A stretch of DNA of 64,000 bases, from assembly GCA_964035545.1 (NCBI GenBank), contig OZ037767.1, forward strand, positions 27,978,628-28,042,627, read 5' to 3'. The number at the start of each line of letters is the position of its first letter. Position 1 is the stretch's first letter. The DNA is from Bugula neritina. Its lineage: Eukaryota; Animalia; Bryozoa. The notes beneath the pieces are model-generated. The model was not told where the DNA came from and searched no databases. It saw nothing but the letters and a program-made list of their open reading frames with translations. A program made the position numbers and the translations under genes. Positions 49,741-62,770 of the stretch are shown here, piece after piece.

Positions 49741-50855
49741 AAAGTCTATGCTATAATCATTAAACTTTCATGTTTGATGAAAAATTTGTCAGTTCATCAC
49801 ATATTTTATTATCTTGCAAGTCAATAAACATCACACTTTGTATAAAATTGAATAAGTTGTTATGATATTTAAATCAATACCAGTCAGTATATAGTGTGTG
49901 TCAGCAGTTTCATCTATAATAGATGAGCAGGTATATGGTATCCACAACTGCATTGACAACAATGATGCCGTTTTAACAACTAGAGAACTGCGTCACATAC
50001 TCATATGCACAATTGCACAACTTGCTTTAGTACTAAGTAAGTTTCGAAAAGCTAGTTAACAATATTATATTATTCTAGATTTGCAAAAGCAATTTGAAAG
50101 TTTATGTTATATATGTAATTGAAAGAAAATTGTGCATGTTTTAATAAGAATAACTTGGAGGGAGAATAATTTTGGTATACAGACATAAATAGGTGAGTAT
50201 GTCTGGCAGTTTATAGTCATATAGTCCTCTGTTGTATTCTGCAATAAACACAATTTATCATCATACATGGATATTATACGGTTTTAGACATGCTTATGGG
50301 AGCTGGTGTAGGTTGCCTTTAGTTAAATTCTAGAAATGGTAGTTGAATGTCACATGTTTGAATAAAACTACAGTATTAACATCGCCAAGACCTTTATTTA
50401 GCATTTTGTTTTTCTTGAAATGGCACCTAGTGAAATGTAGAGTGTGTAGTATGTACTATAGTTATGTGTGTAGTATGAATATATTTACGTGTGCAGTATG
50501 AGCAGCTAGATGTATGGTATAACATAATTTGCCATGAAAGTCCATCATACTTTTATAATAGCATGATCTATACAGTAAATACATTTGCTGGGATGTGTGA
50601 TTTACAATATAGGTATTCTAGCTGTATATACTGCTTTTCATGTGTGCTTATTGTATTTTATGTGTTATATGATACTGTGTATATATGCCACACAGCATCA
50701 AATACATGTATGTCATGTGCCTATGTATTACACAGTATATAATATATTTGTATGCTTATATGTGCCTATATTACATAAATAGTACAACATAGTTGCATAT
50801 ATTGCGTGTATGTGTATATACAATAATACATCATACAGTATATTGTGCTTGTAGG

Positions 50856-51113
50856 ATGTTAAGGTGGTTGCGTACTACACTTCCCACAGAGGATCTAACA
50901 ACGAATACACCTGAAATAACAGAAAAGGTGAAGATTATACTTTACCTGATAGCGCCAGTAGTCTTGCTGTTTATTGGGTGTCCCCTTAGTATCTACCTGT
51001 TCAATAAAATGCGGAACTCTATTCAGGGGTTTCGACAAAATTGTCAAGTTAGTCCAGAAACATGTGATTCTTCTATTTTTGAGAAAAAATCTCAACGAAC
51101 TATGTTTACATAA
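50856..51113 (+). CDS. Putative 85-aa single-pass membrane microprotein (orphan)
   Basis: Acceptor ttgtag|G directly before the ATG. Thr-rich N-terminus, TM IILYLIAPVVLLFIGCPLSIYLF, basic NKMR after it. AATAAA twice at ~51333-51350. Confidence 0.5.
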   Translation: MLRWLRTTLPTEDLTTNTPEITEKVKIILYLIAPVVLLFIGCPLSIYLFNKMRNSIQGFRQNCQVSPETCDSSIFEKKSQRTMFT

Positions 51114-53323
51114 CACTGAGCTTATGCACAAAATTCAATGCAATCATAGTATATACAGTTTAGCAATCTTATCATTTATAAACAATAGCATTATGACATG
51201 ATTATCTATGTTATTATACATAGTATATTACGTATATGCAAACAAATTCATTGTAACAATATTTTATACATTATATGTAACTTTATTATACATTTATTAT
51301 ATATTTTATTTATTTAAAAATACCATGAATGTAATAAATGCATAAATAAATGTATATACTGTAAGTAAAATGGGAAACTAAGAATTTTGTTGCTATTATC
51401 ATATTAAAATGGTAAGTGGAAGCCAGATGACATATTTACTTTTACGGTTATTGTATTTACCTATAATACTCAAGAAGTAAAGGAGTTCATTCTACAGTGA
51501 ATATCAGCATTCATTACTCACAATGAAAGAGTGCAGAATAATGGATAACAGTATTCACATTCTATATTATTATACTGCAGATACATTGGAATTCAGAGTT
51601 GTCATCTCGCCTGAGTTGTCTCGAGTCCTCTAGTATTTGTTTGTACCATATAATTTATCAGAGAGCAAAAAGGTTTATAGAACCTTAATGGGCTTGTCTA
51701 TTCTCCAGCCCCTGCACACTATTACCTTTCTGCTATATTAATTATTTACAAGCTGTACGCTAAACAGATTTGATATCTTTCAAGTTCTTTAGTGCAGAAG
51801 GTGACTAAAAATATATATGCAACTATCGTTAGATTATTAGAGCTACCTCCAGCAATGCTTCTTACAAAGCTCCATGGGCACTCTAGATATATTAAATAAA
51901 TCACAACCTAGCCTGTGGTGTTACTTATCACTACCATCATATTTTTTACTTGCGTGCATGGTTAGACACACACACTATACTACATGGTTATTAATACATA
52001 TACTCACATATTGCTTTATTTTTGCATCCAAGTATTTGTTTCTAAAGCCCACTTATTACTTGTAGTGTGGTGCCTGAAACAAGTTTATAAACTTTATTCA
52101 ATTTGTTACTCAACCACTTGAAGTGACCAATTATTTGAATTACTGAAGAAACTTATAAATATCTAAATAATAGATAAGCCAGTAATGCAATATAGCCCAG
52201 ATATCTGTAGGCCAAAAGCATAATCTTACCGGGTGGTTAAGTATCTGTTCATATCAACAAAAGGGCTAACTTGCTGCAGGAACTCTATGATCTGCTACCA
52301 ATTAACTATGACTTTGTGAAGACTATTTCAAGATTACAATGACTGTTTCATGAAGTATGTTTCTTATATTTAAATATCCAAATACATGTAGCTTACAATG
52401 TAAGTAAATAGCTTTTTCAAAAACATGTTTGTATTAGTTATTCTATACCATAATCTGAGTCATTTTTATTAAGTTCATTAAAACAGATGCAATTTTATAA
52501 TAATGAAATGATTGAAAAACGATTTGAGAAAAATTCAGCTTTAATTTAATCTTAGAATTGTATTCTAAGATCTACTGCGCTAGATATCAGACTTCAAAGA
52601 TAATTGCAACAGTTTTTTATTAGTAACAATAGAAGATAAATTAGTTAAACACATAAGTATGTTATATGATCACACATCACACATATAATTAGTATAACAT
52701 AGGAAAATAATTCCAGTTGATAAAATAATATATTTCTTGGTAAATTCAAAAAGATAAATAAACTAAATCTATCAAAGAGGACACAATTACCACCTAATCA
52801 ATAAACATGACATTCCTGTAAATATCTGAGAGAATTGCGTAATCAGCTTTATTGCTGCTGTAAACCCAGAGATGAATGCTGGACGTCGGTGGATTGCTAT
52901 AGCTTGTGCATTTGTGTACGCTTAACTGAGGGGGGCTAGCAGTGGCCCCGTATATGGAGAAAATCAACTCAAGAGCACCAAGCTAACTGTAGTAAAACAT
53001 GGTAAAAAATCTCAAAAAGACAAGACACTGTCATGCTAGAGGGATGAGATCTATAAAATTCAACTGACTCACCCACTTATAACCTGTGTAGATATAATGG
53101 CAATAGTGATAAAAGTTAACACGTTATTCTAAATATACGCTAAAGTTGTAATATGCATCTCAAACTAAAAACAGAGGCAACCCAACCAGGAGAACGCAAA
53201 TCCTTGAACATCTCATAAGTTGAAAAAGCTGACTACAGAGTTATGACTACCAAATAGTTAGACTAAAGCATATTTACAGTTCAAAACCAAAAGTAATTCA
53301 TTTCCTACTAAAATTGAGATGTT

Positions 53324-56300
53324 TTATCTATTTGTGGGGGCGAGAGGTGTCCCAGCCCGCTTTGAGTGGACTTGTCTCTGTCGAGCTAGGAATGACTGTC
53401 CAGAGCCATACTGTTGCAGCCGATCATCCACAGCCTTTCTGTGCAGATTCATACCCATATTATACCTGCATAGAGACAGACTTGTACTATAGACAGTTAC
53501 AACTGTTGGAATCATCGTAACCAATTTGTTGAAGAATCAGAAAGCCAGAAAGAACTACTCTCATTGCTGAGCCTACTAGTACAATGGGCAGACAAATCTA
53601 AACATTGCTCAGTATGTGTGTGTAAACGACGAATGGAAATTGACTTTGTGGTCAATCCTGCTAAAAACCAGCAGACCAAGAATTGTTTGTGCTGCTGCGA
53701 GTAAGCATGAGATCTGGTGGTAGAGCTCATTGCGAGACTCAATACTGAGACACAAGCTGCTGTAGGCGACTTACCACGCCGACACCATAAGCTTTTCTTC
53801 TTGCTCTCGTATCGTCCTTTGACGTTCGGACTCTTTCTGAATTTGCGCTACAAGTTTTTCTTTCTCCAAAAGTTGTGCCTAAAGAATACCGTAAACAGTG
53901 AACGAGCAGCGAAATAAGTAACAAGCATCAAGTAATTTAATTCAATGAACATGAAACACTAAACAAATAACCAAATAAATGCTGACAGAGAGATAATGAA
54001 AGAGAGAGGATAGAGAAGAAGGTTGAACATACAGGTAGTTGTGCGAAAGCGACGAGTAACTGAATTGAACAGGAAGTGGGGACTAAGGCTATCACCATTA
54101 CCGCCTTCACAGCTAATTAGTGGTTTATGTATGCCGACAGGTGTGGTGTCATTGAGATGGCAGTGTTCACGCATGCGTCTATGGAGGAAGGGAGATATCG
54201 GCTTGGTCACAGGACTGCACACTCTCTTCGGACTAACTGGGTCGTTGAAGAAGTTGGTGATGGGATGGATGAGAGAGGATATTGGTGGGAAGGTTTTGGT
54301 GGGTGAGTGAGTGAGGTGAGGAGAGCTGGTGGGTGTCTAGATTATATCATGTAGAGTGTATATATTGTATAACAAATCACTATCTATGTATTCAATGAAA
54401 TCTATATAATAATGCACTTTAGATAAAGTTGGATCTGTTATCGTTATAATACTCGTATATACACAAGCACACGCATGCATTATATTATACACAAATCCAA
54501 TATATACAGCTAATTATGTACACGAGAAGACAATTCTGATAAAACAAAAAATCACATAATTGCAGTTTTAGTAATTAGTGGGTGCTAGCCTAGGGCTGAT
54601 ATAATTCCATAGAGCTAATACACAGCCTTATGCACCCAAGTTAACTTAACAGATAAATGAGGCTATTGAACACCATATAACAGATGTATAGAGTTCACAG
54701 GGTGCAATACACTGGATATATTAAACACTAATATACCAATAGAGCAGACATTCTACTGAACTGATAGGACTTCATATATAGAAGTGTTAGGGCGTACACA
54801 ACGCTGTACGTAACACAGGAGAAGGTGACAGACATATACTCACTCTGAGAACATCGAGCTGAGGAGAGAGAGCGGGATCAGCGTTCTGACTAGACTCCAT
54901 CTTATTAATAACCGTCTTGGCTTTCTCCAAATACTTCTTGTACTTCTCCTCCGTCTCCTTCATTTCATTCTCCCTTTGCTGAAGTTTCTCTACAAAATCA
55001 CAGCCAGACGGTGAAGAATACATCTTATACTGTACGGTTCTAATGCACACAGAGATTAGTATTGGGAATCTAAACTATACAAGTATTACAGACTGTCGCA
55101 GTATTCCAGCAGTAAAGTCAGGATGTATGTTTTTAGTGAAAGCGTATTGTTACTGCTAGTTACTCAAACACCCCTTAGACAGAGGGTGGAGTAAACACCC
55201 CTTAGACAGAGGGTAGAGTGAACACCCCTTAGAGAAAGGATAGAGTAAACACAAACCATCTTTCTCCTTCAGCTGCTGGTTGAAGTCAGCAATCCTGCTG
55301 TCGGCTGTCTCAATGTGCTGCTTCTTCTTGACCAGCTCCGAGTCGAGTGTGCGAACTTTCTGAGTCAGCTCTGTCAGCTTCTTCTTCAACTCTCTGGTGG
55401 CATCACCGTCTCCTACAACAACCGGCAGCGGTGAGGCAACTCCGAAATGCACCTCACTAACATATGACCACCACACCTTGGAGTTTATAACAACTTCAGT
55501 TTGCACTCCCTTTAATAGATTAATATACAAATTTGCCTTTAAGATTGTAGTATGACAACAAATTCCACAAAAAAATTCTTGCGAAAAATGTTTGATTATA
55601 ATAAAAGTTAAAAACCCTGCAGCATTTCAAATATATTTTTGTACAAGTGAACACAATCACAATCGTACTAAAGATGGACTTACACTATGGGAAACTAATA
55701 ACAAGGTAAATTCAAAAGAAAAAGAATGTTGTGAACTATACGTAACTACATTCTAACTAAACGATATTTATAACTACATTACAACTGTGAGCTATATGTA
55801 ACTACATTTATAAAGCTAAAGAGAGTATCATATGACAATTCATCTCACTTTGTGCAGATGTTATTATAATTAACAAAACCATTCAAGGTAATTATTCACC
55901 AACAATGGTACAGCAAAGGACAACATACTGCAACATAATATACACAGTGTGTATTACACATAGTCCAGTGTGTTAGGATGTAGAGGAGCTAGCACATGCA
56001 CAGAGCACACTGCTAATATAACTATTATGATCTTATAAGTTGTCCCCACCTGCTACTTTCTGATTGGCCTCTTGCAAGTCTTCAACCTGAGCCTCCAACT
56101 CCATAACTCTTTGGTTACTGATCCTAGGGGATAGAAACATACTCTATTTATAACATATATATTCTATTTATAACATATATATTCTATTTATAACACGTAT
56201 AATCTATTTATAACATCTATACTCTATAACACATATACTACCTGCTGTCACTCTCCAACTCATTCACTCTGCTTTGAGCATCTTCCAACATGGACTGTAC

Positions 56301-59300
56301 TTGAGAGTTGTCTCCACCTTCTAGAATCTTCTTATTCAACATCCTGTTCTCAGTTTGAAGTCGGATATACTTTTCCTTGAGGGCAGGAGGCAGAGAGAGT
56401 AACTCCAAATCATCATCACCTGCAGAAGTGTGAAACAGACTTGGAATAACACAACGAACAAGGGTGGTTTGAGATAACGCTGAGCAACTTGTTCAACTAG
56501 TAGCAGCTACTCGGTTGAATGAAACAGTTGAAAGCACATAAACATTATAGCTATATTTTTCACATACATATAATAACATTTCAAGTTATTACCATTATTA
56601 AAAAGAATAAAAATATTACAATCAAGCAGAACCAGAGCTCTACAACCATCCTATAAAACTCATATCTGTGTTTTAAATTTTGAGCTCATTGATGCAAGCA
56701 GTTGCAGGGTTGGGGAAGCTTAGCTTCACATTTCATATGATATGAGATCAAGAATTCAAGCCAAACTGCTTTAATCTCATGGAACAAGATACGGTGAAGT
56801 TGTATAATAAAATATGGGTGCAGTATGCTGATAAATTATATCAGCTGTCAACAGTTGACAGGAGCCTTAAAGTGGCTGAGCAAATCACATTATTTATTAA
56901 CAATAGTAGTACATTATTTGGCAGCTTTACAAATTTGATAGAGTAAATCACTGGAACAATGCATGGCTGAGTAGAAGTAATAAAAAGGCATGGCAAGGTG
57001 TAGCCGAAGCACTTCTAAGTTAATTGATTAGAAACAAAGATATTAGTTAAATGATGCTGAAATTAACAAGCAAAGCCTGTATCCAGGCAGCATCACAGTT
57101 AGAAATAAACAACTTCTATTGCAACCAAAACAATAAACAAGTAGCAACATAATAGGTAGAGTTGTTTAAAACCCAAATTGAGGGGGTCCTTCCCACCCCC
57201 TCTCTAGAGCAAAGGAGAATCTATTTTGCCATGTCACATTTATTTACCAGTTTTTAGCATAATTTTGCAAACTTCATCAAGATATGAAATTTGAGAATAT
57301 AAAGAAACATTTGCTTAATTATTTACAAAACATTTTTGCCTGAAACTAATATTTGAATTTAAGCTCTGAAAATTAGATATCTTTAGGAAAAAAGGTATCT
57401 TAGAGGAAACACAGCTAATTTAATGCCCCCTTCCCCAGTGGGTACATGCAGTATACCATGCAGTGTATAACTTCATGCAGTGACTTTAACATAGTGAAAC
57501 CGACAGTAAATTGAACAAGGAATGAGCAGAGGTAGACGTAGCAATGAGCAACCGATGAAGCACTTACTATCAGTAGCCGAGTGAACGGCATCATTCAATT
57601 CATTGAAAATTGAGTTAGAGTTCAATGAATTAGCTAAAACAACACAATCTCATTATCAGGCAGCAGAGGCAGCACATTACACAGGACGGGCAGCAGACAG
57701 ACGCAGCATGCAAACAAAAACAATGTTTTTAAAGAACTTTGTTTAGCAAAATTAATGGGTGCAGCTTCAACAGATGAAGCAACATTTAACACTAACAGTA
57801 CACAAGTTCTTTTTAGAAAAATGCTGTAAATTTTTTATTTGATCTATTTGGTAAATGTTACAGGCAGGTCTGTTGAAGAAAGCTAGTTCTAAGGACAACC
57901 AACTCTATATAATATGAATAATCTGAAACTGTAGGCAACAGGAGCAGTGGGCAGCTGGTGATAGGATGTATACATGTAGCCTGCTACCACTACTTCAGTT
58001 ACAGAGAGAAGTCGGGTGTTGAGTTGGTCCAGCAAATCTCCACCAAGAAAACTCAAATAAAACCTGCACCATCAGGCTACAGGCAGTGGCCAGTTAAATG
58101 ATGAAAAATTTATCAAAAAGGTGAAGTAAAGTAGCAACCACATGCAAAATTATTAACACAGCATTACCACACCACTATTTCTAGCTACTAACATAAAGAC
58201 GTAGTAACACAGGGTGAACTAAATGTAGGTTTACTTTCAAGAGCACACATATATATATCTAGCATAAAATGAATGAGCTATGAACACATCTAAATCTACA
58301 ATTTTTCACAATTTAACCTTAAGCACTTTATTTTCATGCTCGGAGTAACACTTGAAAGTTTCAAAACAAGTGACACCAGATTCTAATAACTATTACTTTG
58401 TGTACAGGCAAGAACACAGCCCTACAAGCAGGTAAATAACCCGACACTAGACTCTACAAGTATAAGTTACCTGCGTTGCCGTCTAGTGACATTCCCTGCA
58501 GTCTCACCAACTCCATCTCTTCATGGTTTTCCTTCATATTCTGCAGATCCTGAGCCAGTCTATCTTTCTCTGTCTGAACTGCTGACAGTTTCTCCTGTAA
58601 CCTCTTGATTTCAAAGTCGGACTTGTCTCCCCTTTTGGTTTCTACTGCCACTTTTGACTGTAGCTCTTGAACCTTTGAACAACCAAAGAAAATTAAACAT
58701 CAGCCATGTGACAAGTAGTGCATGTGACAAGTATTGAATGCGACAAGCGTGTGCATGTGACATGTGCAGCATGTGACAATTGGTACATGTGACAAGTACT
58801 GTACGTATTATGCATATGTTAGACAGTTAGACAAACAGCATTCCTGGGCAAAGATTGTTGCAACCAGTTGATAAATACTTGAATTATTACCTGACGTTTA
58901 TAAACCTCTATCTGAGATCTGAGAGTTGAAGTTTTCTTAGATTCTTCTTCCCACTCCACAGATTTTTCCATATATGAGGTATTCTTTTCTTCCAGCACCT
59001 TTACCTAAAGAGCATTTATCTGCTGAATGCATGTGTAAATTAACTTTCTACGATTACCTTAAAAAACCTGATTTATGGCATAAATAGTGGTAGTTAGTCA
59101 CAGATACAGCAATGAAATAAGCTATAACTAGCTAATAGCTATAACTATATATTGTATAACTCGAAATATCGGCCTTACGCTGTATATGAGCAAAGTAGAC
59201 TATGAGTTATGAGAACTAAGGCTATCCTGTCATATACAATACATACTGTACGTCTGAGATCAGTCATATCTTCCAACTTCCTCTTATACGACTCAATTGT

Positions 59301-61944
59301 AGTCTCGTACTTTTTCACTCTTTCTTCATTTTGTCGAAGCACGTCGACTTCGTCTTTCAATGATTTAGCCTCGTCTGCCAGAGTTGCTAAAGACTCCGAC
59401 TACAAAACATTCCACAGCAATTAGCCTCGTTAAAACTATCTCCAGCCCACCACCACATTCTATATTGCCTAAACTGTGGCAGGGTACATTAATTACATGG
59501 TCTACATAAACCAGACAAAAAACATTTAAAATCAACAAACATACGCAAAACACAATGTAGAAATACATTTCCGTTTTCACAACTTCCATTTTTTCTCTTT
59601 CTAAACAGTGAATGACTGAGGCAGTGTATGGCAGCACTCTATATCTGACTCACCTTGTCTTTTAGTTCAACCAGCTCTTTGCTGCAGAACTCATACTTGA
59701 GACGGTAATCTTCTTTTGCCGCATCAAGTCTGTAGACCTCATCTTTATACTGCTCCAGCTAAAACAACAACTACTTCATAATCCAACAATTAATGCACAA
59801 TTTTTTTTAACAAAATGTGAAAAAAAGTTTACTTCAAACGACAAAGTAATTTGTTGGCACAATTCTATATCAGAGTAAAAATTAAAGTAAGCATTTAAAC
59901 AAATCAGCTCTCCTAAAAGTTCAACAACTTCCCGTATTCGCAGTGCCTTATTACCTGTTGTTGTAAGGCGAGGTACTTTTTACCAGATGTGGTGTTTGGG
60001 TCATCAAGGTCATCAGCTACTTTATCAGTTATGGCTTCACTGTGATTTTCTAGATGGTTCTTTTCTTCTTGCAAACTTGCAACCTACAGCATACACAGGC
60101 TTTCTAACTGTGGCTAAGACCAGATCCACATATTCAGTAGAATACAGTATTGGTAGAGCTAAACCAGTAGAATAGAGTATTGGTAGAGCTAAACCAGTAG
60201 AATAGAGTATTGGTAGAGCTAAACCAGTAGAATATAGTATTGGTAGAGCTAAACCAGTAAAATATAGTATTGGTAGAGCTAAACCAGTAAAATATAGTAT
60301 TGGTAAAGCTAAACAAAACATACATCATTTGGTTAACTTAAAACATGAAGATTTGTTGGTTATATGAAGGCTAATTTACAGAACACACATAGCGTACAAC
60401 AGTAAGTTTCAGCGAGTTACAAAGTTCAAAGGTTTCCATTTCATTGAAATATGTTTAAATATATTTTGAACATGTTTAAAAACTAGCCAGCCTTTAAGAA
60501 GTAAAACTTCTTTCATAAGTAGGGTGAAATGAATTTAAAAAAAGATAAAAATTCAAAACTCATAGACTACATAACATGAAATTATCATTATGGATTAAGT
60601 GTCTATTGACTGTAGCAAATGGCAAGTAAATAAAAAATGCACTTCAAGTTTTAAAAACAATAAAAAAACTTGATGACTAAACCTTGACTCTACTGAGCAT
60701 CAACATCACAAGTTAAAGGAAAGTTTAGCTTTTCAAATGCTAATTTAAATATTTTAGTATGACTTGTATAAATGAAGTAATTCAATTCTTTCTGGTATGC
60801 GAGTATTTTGATTTTATAAATTCAAAGAAGACGTGTCCATGAATGACTGAGATATTTAGCCGCTACACGAGCTTGTCATGAAATGCATCAAAATTTGCAA
60901 TCAGATAACACCCAAGTGAAAGCAATTTCCCTTGCTCAATTAACCAAGTCTATCCAAACAGTGTAAAATGTATTTTATAAAATATTTTTGCTGCTGCACT
61001 AAATTACAAATTTTCACCAAAAAGAAGGCCCAACAATCATGTTTTGTTGAGTGCATATAAAAAATTGTTTGCATTTCTTAATAACTAATCCGTGATGGTT
61101 ATCTTTGAAATTTCTCAATTTATAATTATCTTCTAGTATGACCCTAACATTTCGCGTTAATAACAATCTTTGGGGGGGGGGGGGGGAAAGAGGGTAGCCT
61201 ATTAATAAAATATAATAATATAGTTAGAAGATAACTACATGAATTATCCTAAAATAATTTGAAATTATTAGATAACATCAGTTGAATAAGCAAGCCATTG
61301 TACCTGAGCTTTGAAGAAGTAGAAAAAGGTATATTTATAGCTCTTACTTGCATATCTAGTTCACTGCACCTCTGAGACAAATCAGCATTAGCCTGTTTGG
61401 TTTCAGCCAATTCTCTTTGTAAATTAGCTAACTGTGTGGTTACATCGACTCCATCATTATCAGCTGATGACAGAGTGCTACTTTCTTGAGTCATCAACTC
61501 TTGAATAGCAGTCATAACTCCATGTTGAACCGACTCCTCCATTCCCATAATAGCCTGGATGTAATCCTGCTTATTGTCACAGTTGACCGCACAACCCAGC
61601 ACTAGTTGCAACAAGCGTCCCATTTCTAACAAATTTGTGTTTTCCACAATCATTTTTAAATTTGGCTTTTTATTTTCCTGAATATTCATGCCAATTTCAT
61701 CATCATAAAAAGACAAAACTGCTCTTAATATTTTTTTAAGATTACTAATCTTAATGTGCTTATTACTAGCTTGGTCAACTTTTATACCACTGAGCCATTC
61801 ATCATCAAAAAATGAAGGAGAGACTTCGTGTAGTATTTGAGCCAAGGCTGCTCCATTAGCCAGAGCTTGAACTGAGTCTCTTTCACCGTCCACAGAAAAT
61901 GTTTGAACCCACATGAGCAGGCATTCTGCAAGTTCCTCATCCAT
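53324..61944 (-). CDS. HOOK3: Hook microtubule-tethering protein (dynein activating adaptor), HOOK3-like
   Basis: Exons 61944-61348, 60083-59955, 59758-59654, 59399-59247, 59004-58891, 58672-58471, (57633-57568), 56419-56242, 56123-56050, 55411-55258, 54989-54844, 53878-53775, 53465-53324. N-terminal Hook domain with EMGRLLQLVLGCAVNC..KQDYIQAIMGMEESVQHGVMTAIQELM. Also YKKYLEKAK and the C-terminal EEKLMVSAWYNMGMNLHRKA...SFLARQRQ. Probably the single invertebrate Hook rather than a strict HOOK3 ortholog. Confidence 0.96.
53959..54336 (-). CDS. Candidate alternative terminal exon of HOOK encoding an S/T-P-rich linker and a C-terminal TM anchor
   Basis: Acceptor ataatctag|ACA, phase 0, matches the phase-0 donor at 54844. 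125 open codons end in MFNLLLYPLSFIISLSAFIWLFV-stop. ATTAAA at 53941-53936. The segment is visibly GC-richer than flanking intron. Confidence 0.7.
   Translation of the reverse strand, partial: TPTSSPHLTHSPTKTFPPISSLIHPITNFFNDPVSPKRVCSPVTKPISPFLHRRMREHCHLNDTTPVGIHKPLISCEGGNGDSLSPHFLFNSVTRRFRTTTCMFNLLLYPLSFIISLSAFIWLFV
55170..55256. repeat. 27-bp tandem repeat x3 at a HOOK donor
   Basis: aaacaccccttagacagagggtggagt repeated. Confidence 0.9.
60135..60312. repeat. 30-bp minisatellite x~6 near the HOOK exon 2 acceptor
   Basis: cagtagaatagagtattggtagagctaaac repeated. Confidence 0.95.
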
Positions 61945-62494
61945 TATTACTACTGGCAGAAGCTGTTGCTCTTGGTCTCACCCGTAGTACAAATAGCCAC
62001 TATAAATAAAATGATGATTAATATAGCTATTAATCATCAGTGCAAGATCAGACTTGAATTTAGAAAAAAAAAAGATTAACAATATTGTTAAACAACTTCA
62101 TTACATGAAACATCTGTATTGTATACTGTCAGTGTCACTGTGGGACTAGAGTAAAGAGTGAATAAAATATTCACATGGATATCATAAATATCCTACAAAT
62201 CTATAACACTTTTACTCATAAAAAACTGAGAGAAAAGATAACATTAACAATTCATAATGTATACACATCACGATGATGATCAGCGATGGCAAAGTTGAAT
62301 TAGAATATAAATATATTTTACACAACAGGTTGAGGTTGTTAGACACTTAAAATTAATAGTCTGATTATCACTGTAAGTAAGAGATTGGCTTTGAGAGTGA
62401 ACTAAGAAAAAATTTAACTTGAAGCTGCAACACCAAGTAACAGGTTTGTTTTATAATTATTGATAACTTGCTAACAGTAACTGAGTAACTTTAA

Positions 62495-62770
62495 ACTAGT
62501 ACTACTACTACTTCTACTAATAGTAGTACTACTGCACTACTAGTAGTACATTTAATAAATTTACTAGTAAGTAGTAATACTTATACTAATACTATTACTG
62601 TATTAGTATTAGTTTAGTATTAGTATTACTATTAGTTTCTATTAGTATTAGTAATACTAATAGTAATACTAATAGTAGTTCAGTTTTATTAAATAAATAA
62701 TGCCAATAGTAATATTAACACTATATATCCACTAATAGTAATAGCTACACTTATAGTTATACTAATAAAT
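62495..62770. repeat. (TAG/TAC/TAT)-type cryptic simple repeat in the HOOK 5'UTR intron
   Basis: Visible low-complexity tract. Confidence 0.8.

Noticed and set aside
53959-54030. KASH domain in the HOOK alternative exon
   Set aside because: The stop follows the TM directly, leaving no luminal peptide or PPPX end to bind SUN proteins.
60135-60312. CRISPR-like array (also considered 6052-6252)
   Set aside because: Head-to-tail repeats without unique spacers, eukaryotic intron context, and no cas genes.
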